From IMG/VR virus record IMGVR_UViG_3300006217_000024: 64,000 bases of DNA. The stretch is one strand, 5' to 3'. Below are positions 19,943-27,256 of this stretch, one piece after another (within the stretch, counting starts at the first letter, position 1; each line of letters starts with the position of its first letter). Origin of the DNA: an uncultured virus (IMG/VR IMGVR_UViG_3300006217_000024). Taxonomy: Duplodnaviria; Heunggongvirae; Uroviricota; Caudoviricetes. The translations under genes were made by a program, and so were the position numbers. The notes beneath the pieces are model-generated. The model worked only from the letters and a program-made list of their open reading frames with translations. It was not told where the DNA came from and searched no databases.

Positions 19943-20749
19943 ATGCCACACCTGGTCACATCACATCAAGGCGAAGACCATGTTGAATCCTACAATGACC
20001 GACACTACAACGCCGGGCATATCGGCAATGACTCCTATGCCTTCAAGGGTCGTGGGAATTTCGCTTGCTCGATGGTGGATTCGAACACCCTGCGCATCAT
20101 GTCTGGTGATGCTCAGTGTTGCGGAGCTCATTGGTCCATTGATTCTGATTATGAGGAATACACCATCGAGACCGGAACTCCTGGATACAAGCGTACCGAC
20201 CTAGTAGTTGCACACATCGAAACCGCGCCCCAAGAGACCATGGATATCCGTGTGCTCAAGGGCGAGGAGACCACCGGAACGCCCGTCACACCCTCCTATA
20301 TCGAAGGAGATCTGAACGCTGGCGATACTGTGGTGGAAATGCCTCTCTGTAGTGTGGAGCTTAATGGCATCAATCCAGGTCAGCCCAATATGTTGCTTGA
20401 TTTCTTGGTGCCATACAAGGAGTTTTGTGATTCCCTATCACAAAAGATGGAAATAGCCTGCGAGGACGTGATCGTCACCGTGAACCCGGTCACCAACATT
20501 AATAAAACGACCGGGCAACCCAATCCCGTAGTATTACCCTTCAGGAAAGTAACAGCTAGTAACTTCCTCGGTCGCCAGATGTTGAAAGCATGGCCCCGAA
20601 CCACATGGACCCCAGCGGGAGGATCACAGCCTATAGTTACAATGAGCGTAGGCTCGGGCGGTTTTGTATACAACCAGGCAGTTTTCGTTTCTAACCACTC
20701 GCAGCTTTACGAAATCTATGTCCGGGCTTGGTACTTACCGAACAAGTAA
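19943..20749 (+). CDS. Tail fibre/receptor-binding protein: constant N-terminus (163 aa) plus switchable cassette A (105 aa)
   Basis: N-terminus similar to 60067 (HLVT...HV, R-x-DLVV); unrelated after CDSLSQ; crossover core at 20431-20437. Confidence 0.85.
   Translation: MPHLVTSHQGEDHVESYNDRHYNAGHIGNDSYAFKGRGNFACSMVDSNTLRIMSGDAQCCGAHWSIDSDYEEYTIETGTPGYKRTDLVVAHIETAPQETMDIRVLKGEETTGTPVTPSYIEGDLNAGDTVVEMPLCSVELNGINPGQPNMLLDFLVPYKEFCDSLSQKMEIACEDVIVTVNPVTNINKTTGQPNPVVLPFRKVTASNFLGRQMLKAWPRTTWTPAGGSQPIVTMSVGSGGFVYNQAVFVSNHSQLYEIYVRAWYLPNK
20423..20445 (+). repeat. Recombination site S1 (expressed): TTTTGTGA-TTCCCTA-TCACAAAA
   Basis: Perfect 8-bp inverted arms around a 7-bp asymmetric core, in frame as GAT TCC CTA. 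Confidence 0.85.
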
Positions 20750-20767
20750 TTGATCCTATGTAGGCCT

Positions 20768-21067
20768 CTATTGCTTGCCCTGTACAGCAAGTACACCATA
20801 GGCTTGCCAATCGAACTTGCCCGCGTGAGCGAATGCGCCCCCATTGCGCACTTTGACCCGGAAGCCAGTCTCCGTGATGGAAAAGGGCGTGAACTCCATG
20901 TCCTTCGCTGTTTCAGGGGTCATAAGTCCGTCAAATGCGAGGCTAACACTCACTAAAGGAGGGTATCTGTAAGCCTTCGGGAACGATATAACTTCCGACT
21001 CTCTTGTGTTATTGGCTGGACAATCTACCCGGCCTTGGTCTGACTGCCTTCCATCCTGTAATAGGGA
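20768..21067 (-). CDS. Silent tail-fibre cassette B (99 aa, no start codon), H-type-lectin/gp53-like
   Basis: Open from core: SLLQDGRQ...ISFPKAYRYPPLVSVS...ITETGFRVKV...FDWQAYG...KQ*. Confidence 0.8.
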   Translation of the reverse strand, partial: SLLQDGRQSDQGRVDCPANNTRESEVISFPKAYRYPPLVSVSLAFDGLMTPETAKDMEFTPFSITETGFRVKVRNGGAFAHAGKFDWQAYGVLAVQGKQ

Positions 21068-21074
21068 ATAACTA
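21057..21074 (-). repeat. Recombination site S2: TAGTTA-TTCCCTA-TTACA (core 21062-21068)
   Basis: Same core, inverted relative to S1. Confidence 0.85.
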
Positions 21075-21353
21075 ATCTGGGATGAATATTACCCACAACC
21101 GATAGCGCACCACCTGCGAGACTGGAACCCGGATCGTTGCACCATCTCTTAAAGATGCAGCCGCCATAAAGCCGCCGCTGTATGCCATCAGGTCTTCAGA
21201 CTCACATACGGGAACGAAGGTGCCCTTTGCATCCAGGTTCAGCCCTAGATCATTGCGCAGTTGCTCGGGGGAGATGACAACCCTGCTTGTATGAGCTTGA
21301 AACGTTAGGGCATTCGTGTAAAAAGCGACGCGGGTTCGGGTCTGTTCTAGGGA
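21072..21353 (-). CDS. Silent tail-fibre cassette C (93 aa, no start codon; absent from ORF track)
   Basis: Open from core: SLEQTRTRVAFYTNAL...SQVVRYRLWVIFIPD*; stop abuts S2. Confidence 0.8.
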   Translation of the reverse strand, partial: SLEQTRTRVAFYTNALTFQAHTSRVVISPEQLRNDLGLNLDAKGTFVPVCESEDLMAYSGGFMAAASLRDGATIRVPVSQVVRYRLWVIFIPD

Positions 21354-21360
21354 ATAACTA
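21343..21360 (-). repeat. Recombination site S3: TAGTTA-TTCCCTA-GAACA (core 21348-21354)
   Basis: Same core, inverted relative to S1. Confidence 0.85.
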
Positions 21361-21543
21361 CAATGTGCGACTCATTATCGTTTTCCCGTTTTTCTGGATA
21401 GTAATCTGCGCGTATTCGCTTTGCGCCCATAGCTGCCCATACAGGTCTCCGTTTGTTATGCCTATTTGAAAAGCTTTATCAGTCACGGCAAATGTCAGTC
21501 TGCTGAGTTTGCTAATGAGTGTCTGTACTTCTTGCGATAGGGA
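21358..21543 (-). CDS. Silent tail-fibre cassette D (61 aa, no start codon)
   Basis: SLSQEVQTLISK...KTIMSRTL*; begins at core S4, stop abuts S3. Confidence 0.8.
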   Translation of the reverse strand, partial: SLSQEVQTLISKLSRLTFAVTDKAFQIGITNGDLYGQLWAQSEYAQITIQKNGKTIMSRTL

Positions 21544-21550
21544 ATCACGC
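21531..21550 (-). repeat. Recombination site S4: GCGTGA-TTCCCTA-TCGCAAG (core 21538-21544)
   Basis: Same core; the TGA in the arm is the recombinase stop codon. Confidence 0.85.
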
Positions 21551-22255
21551 GGCCATCGGAAGCTCTCTCGCCGGTTGCGGTGCAGGCTGTGGCGGGATGA
21601 TGCCCTTGTACATGTCATCGCAGCTTTTACCAAGCACCAATCGGGCAAGCCTGCGCTGCACCCGTCGCTTGGTCGCAGCAGTGATCTCCATGTAGTATCG
21701 GTAGCAGGTCTGGATATTGCTGTGTCCCATCATCTCAGCCACGTGCTCAATGGCTGCTCCGGCCTTGATCTCTACCGCACCAGTGCGCCAGTCGATGGAT
21801 TCCCAGCTGAGATAGTAGTTCTCGGAGGGACGCAACCCCAAGGCGCTCTGCAGGATTAAGGTCGGTTCAAATAGATGTCCGACAAAGCCGCGGATAAGCT
21901 TTTTCAGGCGACGCTGCGTAAGCGTGTTGAGAGGCTCTTGAGGCTTTTGGGTAATCTCGATCCTCCGTGTGGGGTCTATGGCCTCCAAGCCCTCATCTAT
22001 CGCCCACCGGATGATCTGTCTGAGGCATTTGTACGCCTTCTCTGCGCCTGATGGTCCGCGCAATGGTGTCAACTCGTCAACCCACGCTTGCACATCCTTA
22101 CGCGTGATCTCGCTAACCCTGAGCGCACCCCAGCGTGGCAATACGTGACGGTTGATGGATGACTCGTAGCCGTAAACGGTATCGGGCTTTCTGCGCTCAC
22201 GTTTCTCGGTGAGGTAGTCATTGCAAATCTCGGTGATGGTGCTCAGTTCGTACAT
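21545..22255 (-). CDS. Tyrosine recombinase (shufflon-type invertase candidate) with internal deletion
   Basis: N-terminal core-binding domain, GLRPSE, MGHSNIQTCYRYY; no HxxR segment; AAAGGAGG RBS before ATG 22255. Confidence 0.85.
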   Translation of the reverse strand: MYELSTITEICNDYLTEKRERRKPDTVYGYESSINRHVLPRWGALRVSEITRKDVQAWVDELTPLRGPSGAEKAYKCLRQIIRWAIDEGLEAIDPTRRIEITQKPQEPLNTLTQRRLKKLIRGFVGHLFEPTLILQSALGLRPSENYYLSWESIDWRTGAVEIKAGAAIEHVAEMMGHSNIQTCYRYYMEITAATKRRVQRRLARLVLGKSCDDMYKGIIPPQPAPQPARELPMAA

Positions 22256-22269
22256 AGCTCCTCCTTTGA

Positions 22270-22314
22270 GTGACAGCAGGCGCATCATCTGAGATGCGAC
22301 ATGTGGAGGATTAT
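22270..22314 (+). promoter_or_regulatory. Two tandem late-promoter motifs before holin
   Basis: GTGACAG-CAGGCGC-ATCAT (prophage 2 type) and GCGACAT-GTGGAGG-ATTAT (prophage 1 type). Confidence 0.55.
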
Positions 22315-22342
22315 GTGGCCGTCACGAGCGAAAGGAGAGATT

Positions 22343-22780
22343 GTGGACTGGGTTACAGCAATAGCCTGGCAGCCGATTTTGGTGATAGTCGTGCTGATGG
22401 CGTTCGACATCATCACCGGCTTCGGCGGAGCCGCAAAGGAGGGTGTCATCCAATCAGGCAAGATGCGCGAGGGGCTATGGCATAAAGCGGGATTCCTGGG
22501 GTTGGTCGTCCTTGCGATCATCTGGGAAGTCGCGGTGCTGTGGATCAATTTCGACGCCTATCTAAAGGGCGCGGGCACCATCGTGCCGGAGTTCCCGGCG
22601 GTTTCCGTTGTGTGCGCATTCATAGCCTTGATCGAACTAATAAGCATCGTCGAGAACCTATGCGTACTCAACCCATCGATCGCGACTCTGCCCTTCATAA
22701 AGCAGCTGAAGGCTCACGATCCAGCGGCCCCGGACATCAAGGTCGAGGTTGATGACGGCGACACACGCACAGACGAGTAG
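22343..22780 (+). CDS. Holin (Phage_holin_4_1-like)
   Basis: DIITG...SGKMREGLWHK...ELISIVENL; hydrophobic segments; AAAGGAG RBS before GTG. Confidence 0.9.
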   Translation: MDWVTAIAWQPILVIVVLMAFDIITGFGGAAKEGVIQSGKMREGLWHKAGFLGLVVLAIIWEVAVLWINFDAYLKGAGTIVPEFPAVSVVCAFIALIELISIVENLCVLNPSIATLPFIKQLKAHDPAAPDIKVEVDDGDTRTDE

Positions 22781-23060
22781 CCCTACAGCCAGTCAAGAGC
22801 GGCGCGTGATGCTGATCGCGGCGCTGCTTGCCTTTGGTATGGTGGCCCTTGTCATGGCCATACGCCTCGGGTCGTGGTTTCTCGCGCCCGCTGAGGTGCC
22901 ACCAGAGCCAGAGACGCTCCCTGCTGTTGATCTGCCCCTCCTCACGCCCCTGCAGCGCGAGGAGGCCCGCAGAAGCGGCGTGGGTGCTTATGAGTTTGAC
23001 GGCATGTGGTATGTAAACGCGGCTTTGCCGCCTGAACACTGGGAGGACTGGATTGGCTAA
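22749..23060 (+). CDS. Membrane-anchored protein in lysis module (start uncertain)
   Basis: One hydrophobic segment; lies between holin and endolysin. Confidence 0.55.
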   Translation: MMTATHAQTSSPTASQERRVMLIAALLAFGMVALVMAIRLGSWFLAPAEVPPEPETLPAVDLPLLTPLQREEARRSGVGAYEFDGMWYVNAALPPEHWEDWIG

Positions 23061-23880
23061 GCTATACATCATCTGCGGACATGGTGCCGGTGACCCTGGA
23101 GCCTGTGCTGCAGGACAGACCGAGGCCGACAACGTACGCACGCTAGCGGCACGGATCAAGGAGCTTGGAGGCTCTGAGGTCAACGTCCTGGACACAGGGC
23201 GCAACTGGTATGCCGATGCAGGCATCAACAAGCTGAGCATCTCCAAAGGCTCGGCTCTGCTTGAGTTGCACATGGACTCAGCAGTTGAGACCGCACGGGG
23301 CGGGCATGTCATCATCAAGTCAGGCTATGATGCTGATGACTGGGACAAGGCGCTAGCAGCTGGGATAGCCGCGATTCTGCCCGGGCGTGCTGAGACCATC
23401 GTACATCGCAACAACCTCGCCAACGTCAACCGAGCGGCAGCGCGCGGCATCAACTACCGCCTTCTGGAGACAGGATTCATCAGTAACGAGGATGATCGGA
23501 ATATCTTCAATGACCGCCTTGACGATATCGCACACGTCATCCTGGCATCGTTCGGTATCGGTTCTCATGATGATATCGAGCCGTCTCCGAGCGCACCAGC
23601 CACAGATAGCGACGGCTTCGGTGGCACATACCGCTGCCAGGTCGACGGCTTGCGCGTGCGCACGGGCCCCGGCCTCTCCTACGCCCAGGCTAAGGATGCG
23701 AACGGCAATCTGGTCTGCTACAACAAGGGTGGCGAGGTCATACTGGATGATTGGTTCAGGTCGGCTGACGGCTATATCTGGGGCAGGTATACCGGAGCGC
23801 AAAGCGGCCAGCTGCGATACGTGGCGGTTGGAAAAGCTACCGGCAAGCCGGAGCCTGATGACTTCCTGGTCAAGGTCTAA
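23053..23880 (+). CDS. Endolysin: N-acetylmuramoyl-L-alanine amidase plus SH3-like wall-binding domain
   Basis: GHGAGDPGA, ELHMD, LLETGFISN; C-terminal LRVRTGPG...DGYIWGRY. Confidence 0.92.
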   Translation: MAKLYIICGHGAGDPGACAAGQTEADNVRTLAARIKELGGSEVNVLDTGRNWYADAGINKLSISKGSALLELHMDSAVETARGGHVIIKSGYDADDWDKALAAGIAAILPGRAETIVHRNNLANVNRAAARGINYRLLETGFISNEDDRNIFNDRLDDIAHVILASFGIGSHDDIEPSPSAPATDSDGFGGTYRCQVDGLRVRTGPGLSYAQAKDANGNLVCYNKGGEVILDDWFRSADGYIWGRYTGAQSGQLRYVAVGKATGKPEPDDFLVKV

Positions 23881-23883
23881 GTC

Positions 23884-24691
23884 GTGGCCGCAACACCCAA
23901 AAACCCTACGGCCTTCAATGACTACGAGGGCTTCGTCGAGAAGTTCAAGCCCAAAAAGACCACGGACGATTGCTATACCCCCCCCCCGAGTCTATGACGC
24001 GATTCGCGACTGGGCCTGCGTCGAATACGATATAGACCCCGCGCGGATAGTGCGCCCGTTCTATCCGGGCGGCGACTACGAGCGGTTCGACTACCCCGCA
24101 GACTGTGTGGTCCTAGACAACCCACCCTTCTCGTGCCTCGCAGCCATCAGGCGCTTCTATCAGATGCTTGGTATCGACTACTTTCTTTTCGCCCCGGCAC
24201 TCACCATGCTCTGCAGCAGGGTGGAAGACTGCTGCATCTGCGCTGACGCAAACATCGAATACGAGAACGGCGCCGTGGTTAGAACCGGCTTCGTCACAAA
24301 CCTCGATACTTACGTCTTGCGCACTGCTCCAGGCCTTTATAAAGCAATCGAGGAGGTCAAGCGTGAGATACGTTCGGAACAGAAGAAGCAGCTGCCAAGG
24401 TATGAATACCCGGAAGCCGTCATCACCCCCGCGCTTTGCAACCGATATACAAAGTACGGTATAGACTTCAGGGTGAAACGGGATGAAGCGGTTCGCATCA
24501 GCTCTCTCGATGAACAACGAACGCACAAGAAGGGCATCTTTGGCGGGGGGCTCCTGCTCTCGAAAGAGAAGGCCGCTGAGCGCACCGCCGCCGAACATGC
24601 TGCAGTCGAACGAGCAGCAGCCGAACGTGCCGCCGCGCACACCTGGCACCTCTCAGAGCGCGAGCTCGAGCTGCAGGCGACGCTTGGCTAG
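23884..24691 (+). pseudogene. Putative DNA adenine methyltransferase frameshifted at a C10 tract (23978-23987)
   Basis: Upstream frame ...KKTTDDCYTP; downstream frame PRVYDAIRDW...RPFYPGGDY...DNPPFS; C9 would join them. Confidence 0.75.
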
Positions 24692-24756
24692 AGGCACTGG
24701 TGGCAAATTGCGGCAAGTAAATTCAAAGAGTTCCCAGTTCGGGGGCACATTATCAG

Positions 24757-24783
24757 AGGGTTCGAATCCCTACTCCTCCGCCA
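24757..24783 (+). other. att core: 3' fragment of a tRNA gene (probably Ser) at the prophage junction
   Basis: AGGG-TTCGAAT-CCCTA-CTCCTCC-G-CCA = T arm, acceptor strand, discriminator G, CCA; no 5' half upstream. Confidence 0.85.
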
Positions 24784-24798
24784 TCCTTGATTTTGCAA

Positions 24799-24822
24799 AG
24801 CCCCAGTTCAGGGGCTGTTTTT
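24799..24822 (+). terminator. Terminator after tRNA 3' end
   Basis: AGCCCC-AGTTCA-GGGGCT followed by GTTTTT. Confidence 0.7.
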
Positions 24823-24952
24823 ATGCCGAAAAACGTTCGAAAACCTCCAAGATTTTTGGCAAGTTGATGGCAAGTGAACCCGCAGGTCAGAGCGTTGTTG
24901 CATTCGGTGAACTTTTCAGCGAGGCAAGTTTTTGGCAAGCGGGATGGGGCCG

Positions 24953-26065
24953 TCAGAGGGCCTCGTCGAAGGCCCGGTCTATGAGGGCCGTGTCGCGCTT
25001 CAGGTCTTTCAGACGGGGCTTCACGTAGCGGTTGTAGGTGGTGCTCACATCAGCGTGCCCCATCCACTTGGCGAGCTTGGCCACCTCTATCCCAGCGTCG
25101 ATGCAGGCCGTCCCGAACGAGTGACGCATAGAGAAGATCGTGATGTGCGGAAGGGGCTCTCCGTCATCGAACCTGAGACCGGCGTTGAAGATCTTGTCGA
25201 TGCGCTTGTAGCCCGTCTGGGGCTTCATGCGGCCGCCGTCCCGCCCCTTCACGATAGGCCCGCTCTCCCCCTCTAGAAGCTCCCCCAAGCGCTCGCGCAG
25301 ATAGCGGAACGCTGGGACCTCCCGGAACCCCGCAGGGGTCTTCGGGTCGTCGAGGCCCGCGCCTCCTTCCTTTCGGACGCAGGTCTGCTCCACGCAGAGG
25401 CCCCCGTCCTCCGCGCTCCGCCTCTCGCAGTCCGCGGCGAACACCTCGCCCTTGCGCAGGCCGTAGCCCAGCCCCAGAAGGCAGATGCGCTCCTCAGGCG
25501 TGTCCGGGTAGTGCTCGGCCATGAAGTCCAGGACGCGCTGGATCTCGGCGAAGGTGGACAGCCACGCCCCGCCCTCGTTCTTGGGATGCTTGGTGGCGGC
25601 CGGATAGCGGAAGCGGCAGCTCGCGGGGTTGAACGTGAGCACCTGCATCTCGCAGGCCAAGGAGAAGACGGACGACGCGGTCTCGCGGGCGTTCGTGGCC
25701 ACCTTCTTGGTGGGGCAGCCGTCTATCATCTTCTGCACGTCGAAGCGGTTGATGTCCTCCATGGGCATGGGGCCGAACGCCGGCAGGATGCGGTTGTTCA
25801 GATCCCGCCGGTAGCACCGCTTCGTGTCATAGCGCAAGCCCTCCTTCTGGGGCCAGAAGTACTGCTCGACGAACTCTCCGAAGGGGATGCCGCCGTAGGA
25901 CTTGCCGCGCCGGATCTCCTTGAGCGCCAGGAGACGCCGCTCCTCTTTCTCGGCCTTCGCCTTGGTGCTGAACTGAGGCTGCCGGCGGTCCCTCGTGCCG
26001 TCCAGGCGCTTGCCGAGCGTGACGTCAGCGACCCAGAGGCCGCTCTCCAGCTTCCGCACTGCCAT
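24953..26065 (-). CDS. int: Prophage 2 tyrosine integrase
   Basis: GLRKGE, PKT, SMRHSF, MGHADVSTTYNRY; adjacent to att. Confidence 0.93.
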   Translation of the reverse strand: MAVRKLESGLWVADVTLGKRLDGTRDRRQPQFSTKAKAEKEERRLLALKEIRRGKSYGGIPFGEFVEQYFWPQKEGLRYDTKRCYRRDLNNRILPAFGPMPMEDINRFDVQKMIDGCPTKKVATNARETASSVFSLACEMQVLTFNPASCRFRYPAATKHPKNEGGAWLSTFAEIQRVLDFMAEHYPDTPEERICLLGLGYGLRKGEVFAADCERRSAEDGGLCVEQTCVRKEGGAGLDDPKTPAGFREVPAFRYLRERLGELLEGESGPIVKGRDGGRMKPQTGYKRIDKIFNAGLRFDDGEPLPHITIFSMRHSFGTACIDAGIEVAKLAKWMGHADVSTTYNRYVKPRLKDLKRDTALIDRAFDEAL

Positions 26066-26165
26066 GATGCTACAATGCTCCTGTCTGGCCCTTCGTGGGC
26101 CGTCGTGTGCGAAGCCCCGTGCATCCGCCAAGATTCAGCGGGGCTTCTCCTTTGCTCCTACCCGA

Positions 26166-27182
26166 TCACGTTGTCAGCTCGCTGAGCACCGCGATCCCCT
26201 CATGCACGCACCCTCTAGACGCGACATTGAGCAACGCGCTCCAATCATCCGGCACGCCTACGACGCGCAGCAGATCACCACGCGCCTCAAGATACGGATC
26301 CACGACCTCCTTCAAGTCGAACCAAAGCCGAAACGAGTACAGCAGGTTCACATCAAGGAATCTGATCCTGGCTGAGAGCAAGCGGCCCAAGATGAACACC
26401 ACGTAGAAGGTCGATCGAGTTTCGGCGTCCAGCCCCCTGATCGCTATAGGAGTGCTCGGGATCTCCTTCCGCACAACATAGGGATCAAAATGAGCACAGG
26501 TATTGCGCACCGATACCACGGTCTTCGTCCAATTGGTGAGTTCCGCACGAGAGACCCCAAAGAAGGCAGCAACGGTATCGCTCACGCCCTCGACCTTGGT
26601 GTTCGAGATCAGCTTGCTCAAGGTTCCCAATGTCATGCATTCGACCGCGTCCCGTACGGGGAGGCGGAAGCCGTCAGCGTCGCTGCGCACAAAACTCCTG
26701 ATAATGGGGTCCTTGCTTCTCTGAGCCTCCCTGCGCAGTGAAGCCATCGAACTCTCATAGTGCCGCGCATTGAAGAAGTTTGCGGCATCATACAGCGCCA
26801 TCTTCCCCGCACGCTCCTCAAGCCAGTGCGCATACTGCGCCCGAAGTTGGCCTTCGAGGATACCGATGTACTTGAACACTACCGCCTGGAAGCGCCTGTC
26901 AAAGGCAAGCAGATCATGGGCGTCTTTGATCATCGGCTTGTCCTGCCCCGAAATGCGCTTTGCTGCGCGGAGGTAAGGCAGCATGTGCCGGTAGCTGACG
27001 CGCTCCAACATGAAGACAGCCTCGACGGTATCCGAATCAGTGAAACCCTGCGACCTGAGCTCGTTCACGAAGCTCTCATAGGATCCAGGGACCGAATAAG
27101 ACACGGCCGAGGGATTTCCACTTGCATTGCTGCTAGAAGTGCCCTCGGCTCTATCGCTGCCTATGTTACCACGGTTCTTCAT
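26166..27182 (-). CDS. Abi family (AbiD/AbiF-like, HEPN) protein
   Basis: LERVSY, FDRRF...IGILE, TLGTLSKL, VRNTCAH (R-x4-H). Confidence 0.85.
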   Translation of the reverse strand: MKNRGNIGSDRAEGTSSSNASGNPSAVSYSVPGSYESFVNELRSQGFTDSDTVEAVFMLERVSYRHMLPYLRAAKRISGQDKPMIKDAHDLLAFDRRFQAVVFKYIGILEGQLRAQYAHWLEERAGKMALYDAANFFNARHYESSMASLRREAQRSKDPIIRSFVRSDADGFRLPVRDAVECMTLGTLSKLISNTKVEGVSDTVAAFFGVSRAELTNWTKTVVSVRNTCAHFDPYVVRKEIPSTPIAIRGLDAETRSTFYVVFILGRLLSARIRFLDVNLLYSFRLWFDLKEVVDPYLEARGDLLRVVGVPDDWSALLNVASRGCVHEGIAVLSELTT

Positions 27183-27215
27183 GTGCTTGCCCGAGTCTCC
27201 AAACTATCCGTCAGA

Positions 27216-27235
27216 TGAGCGTCATATGACGCTCA
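27216..27235. promoter_or_regulatory. Perfect 20-bp palindrome upstream of Abi gene
   Basis: TGAGCGTCATATGACGCTCA. Confidence 0.55.
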
Positions 27236-27256
27236 CGCATTTCTAGCCGGTATCCC

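Larger units (their letters stand above)
21348..23078 (+). repeat. 1731-bp block apparently identical to 61191-62921
   Basis: Identical ORF translations at constant offset 39843; ends checked by eye. Confidence 0.92.
1..24783 (+). mobile_element. Prophage 1, right part (siphovirus-type; left end outside window)
   Basis: Co-oriented terminase-portal-capsid-tail-tape measure-holin-endolysin gene order, ending at a tRNA 3' fragment. Confidence 0.95.
24702..24940 (+). repeat. Three tandem pairs of GGCAA(G/A)(T/C): candidate integrase arm-type sites
   Basis: Pairs at 24702/24712, 24858/24869, 24923/24934, flanking the att core. Confidence 0.7.

Noticed and set aside
19943..21545. Diversity-generating retroelement acting on the tail fibre
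   Set aside because: No reverse transcriptase in the window and no template/variable repeat pair; cassettes share only the short core and arms
21057..21550. CRISPR-like array from the TAGGGAAT repeats
   Set aside because: Repeats are short, spacing is 190-290 bp, the intervening sequences are open reading frames, and no cas genes are present
21358..21648. 96-aa ORF as an independent gene (also 61201-61491)
   Set aside because: Its start lies inside the recombinase in another frame; only the part after the core is plausible, as cassette D
23387..23977. N-terminal part of the 434-aa ORF 23387-24691
   Set aside because: Overlaps the endolysin in another frame; the real N-terminus is in the frame starting at 23884
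24690..24783. Complete tRNA gene
   Set aside because: No 5' acceptor strand (GGAGGAG), D arm or anticodon arm upstream; only the 3' fragment is present
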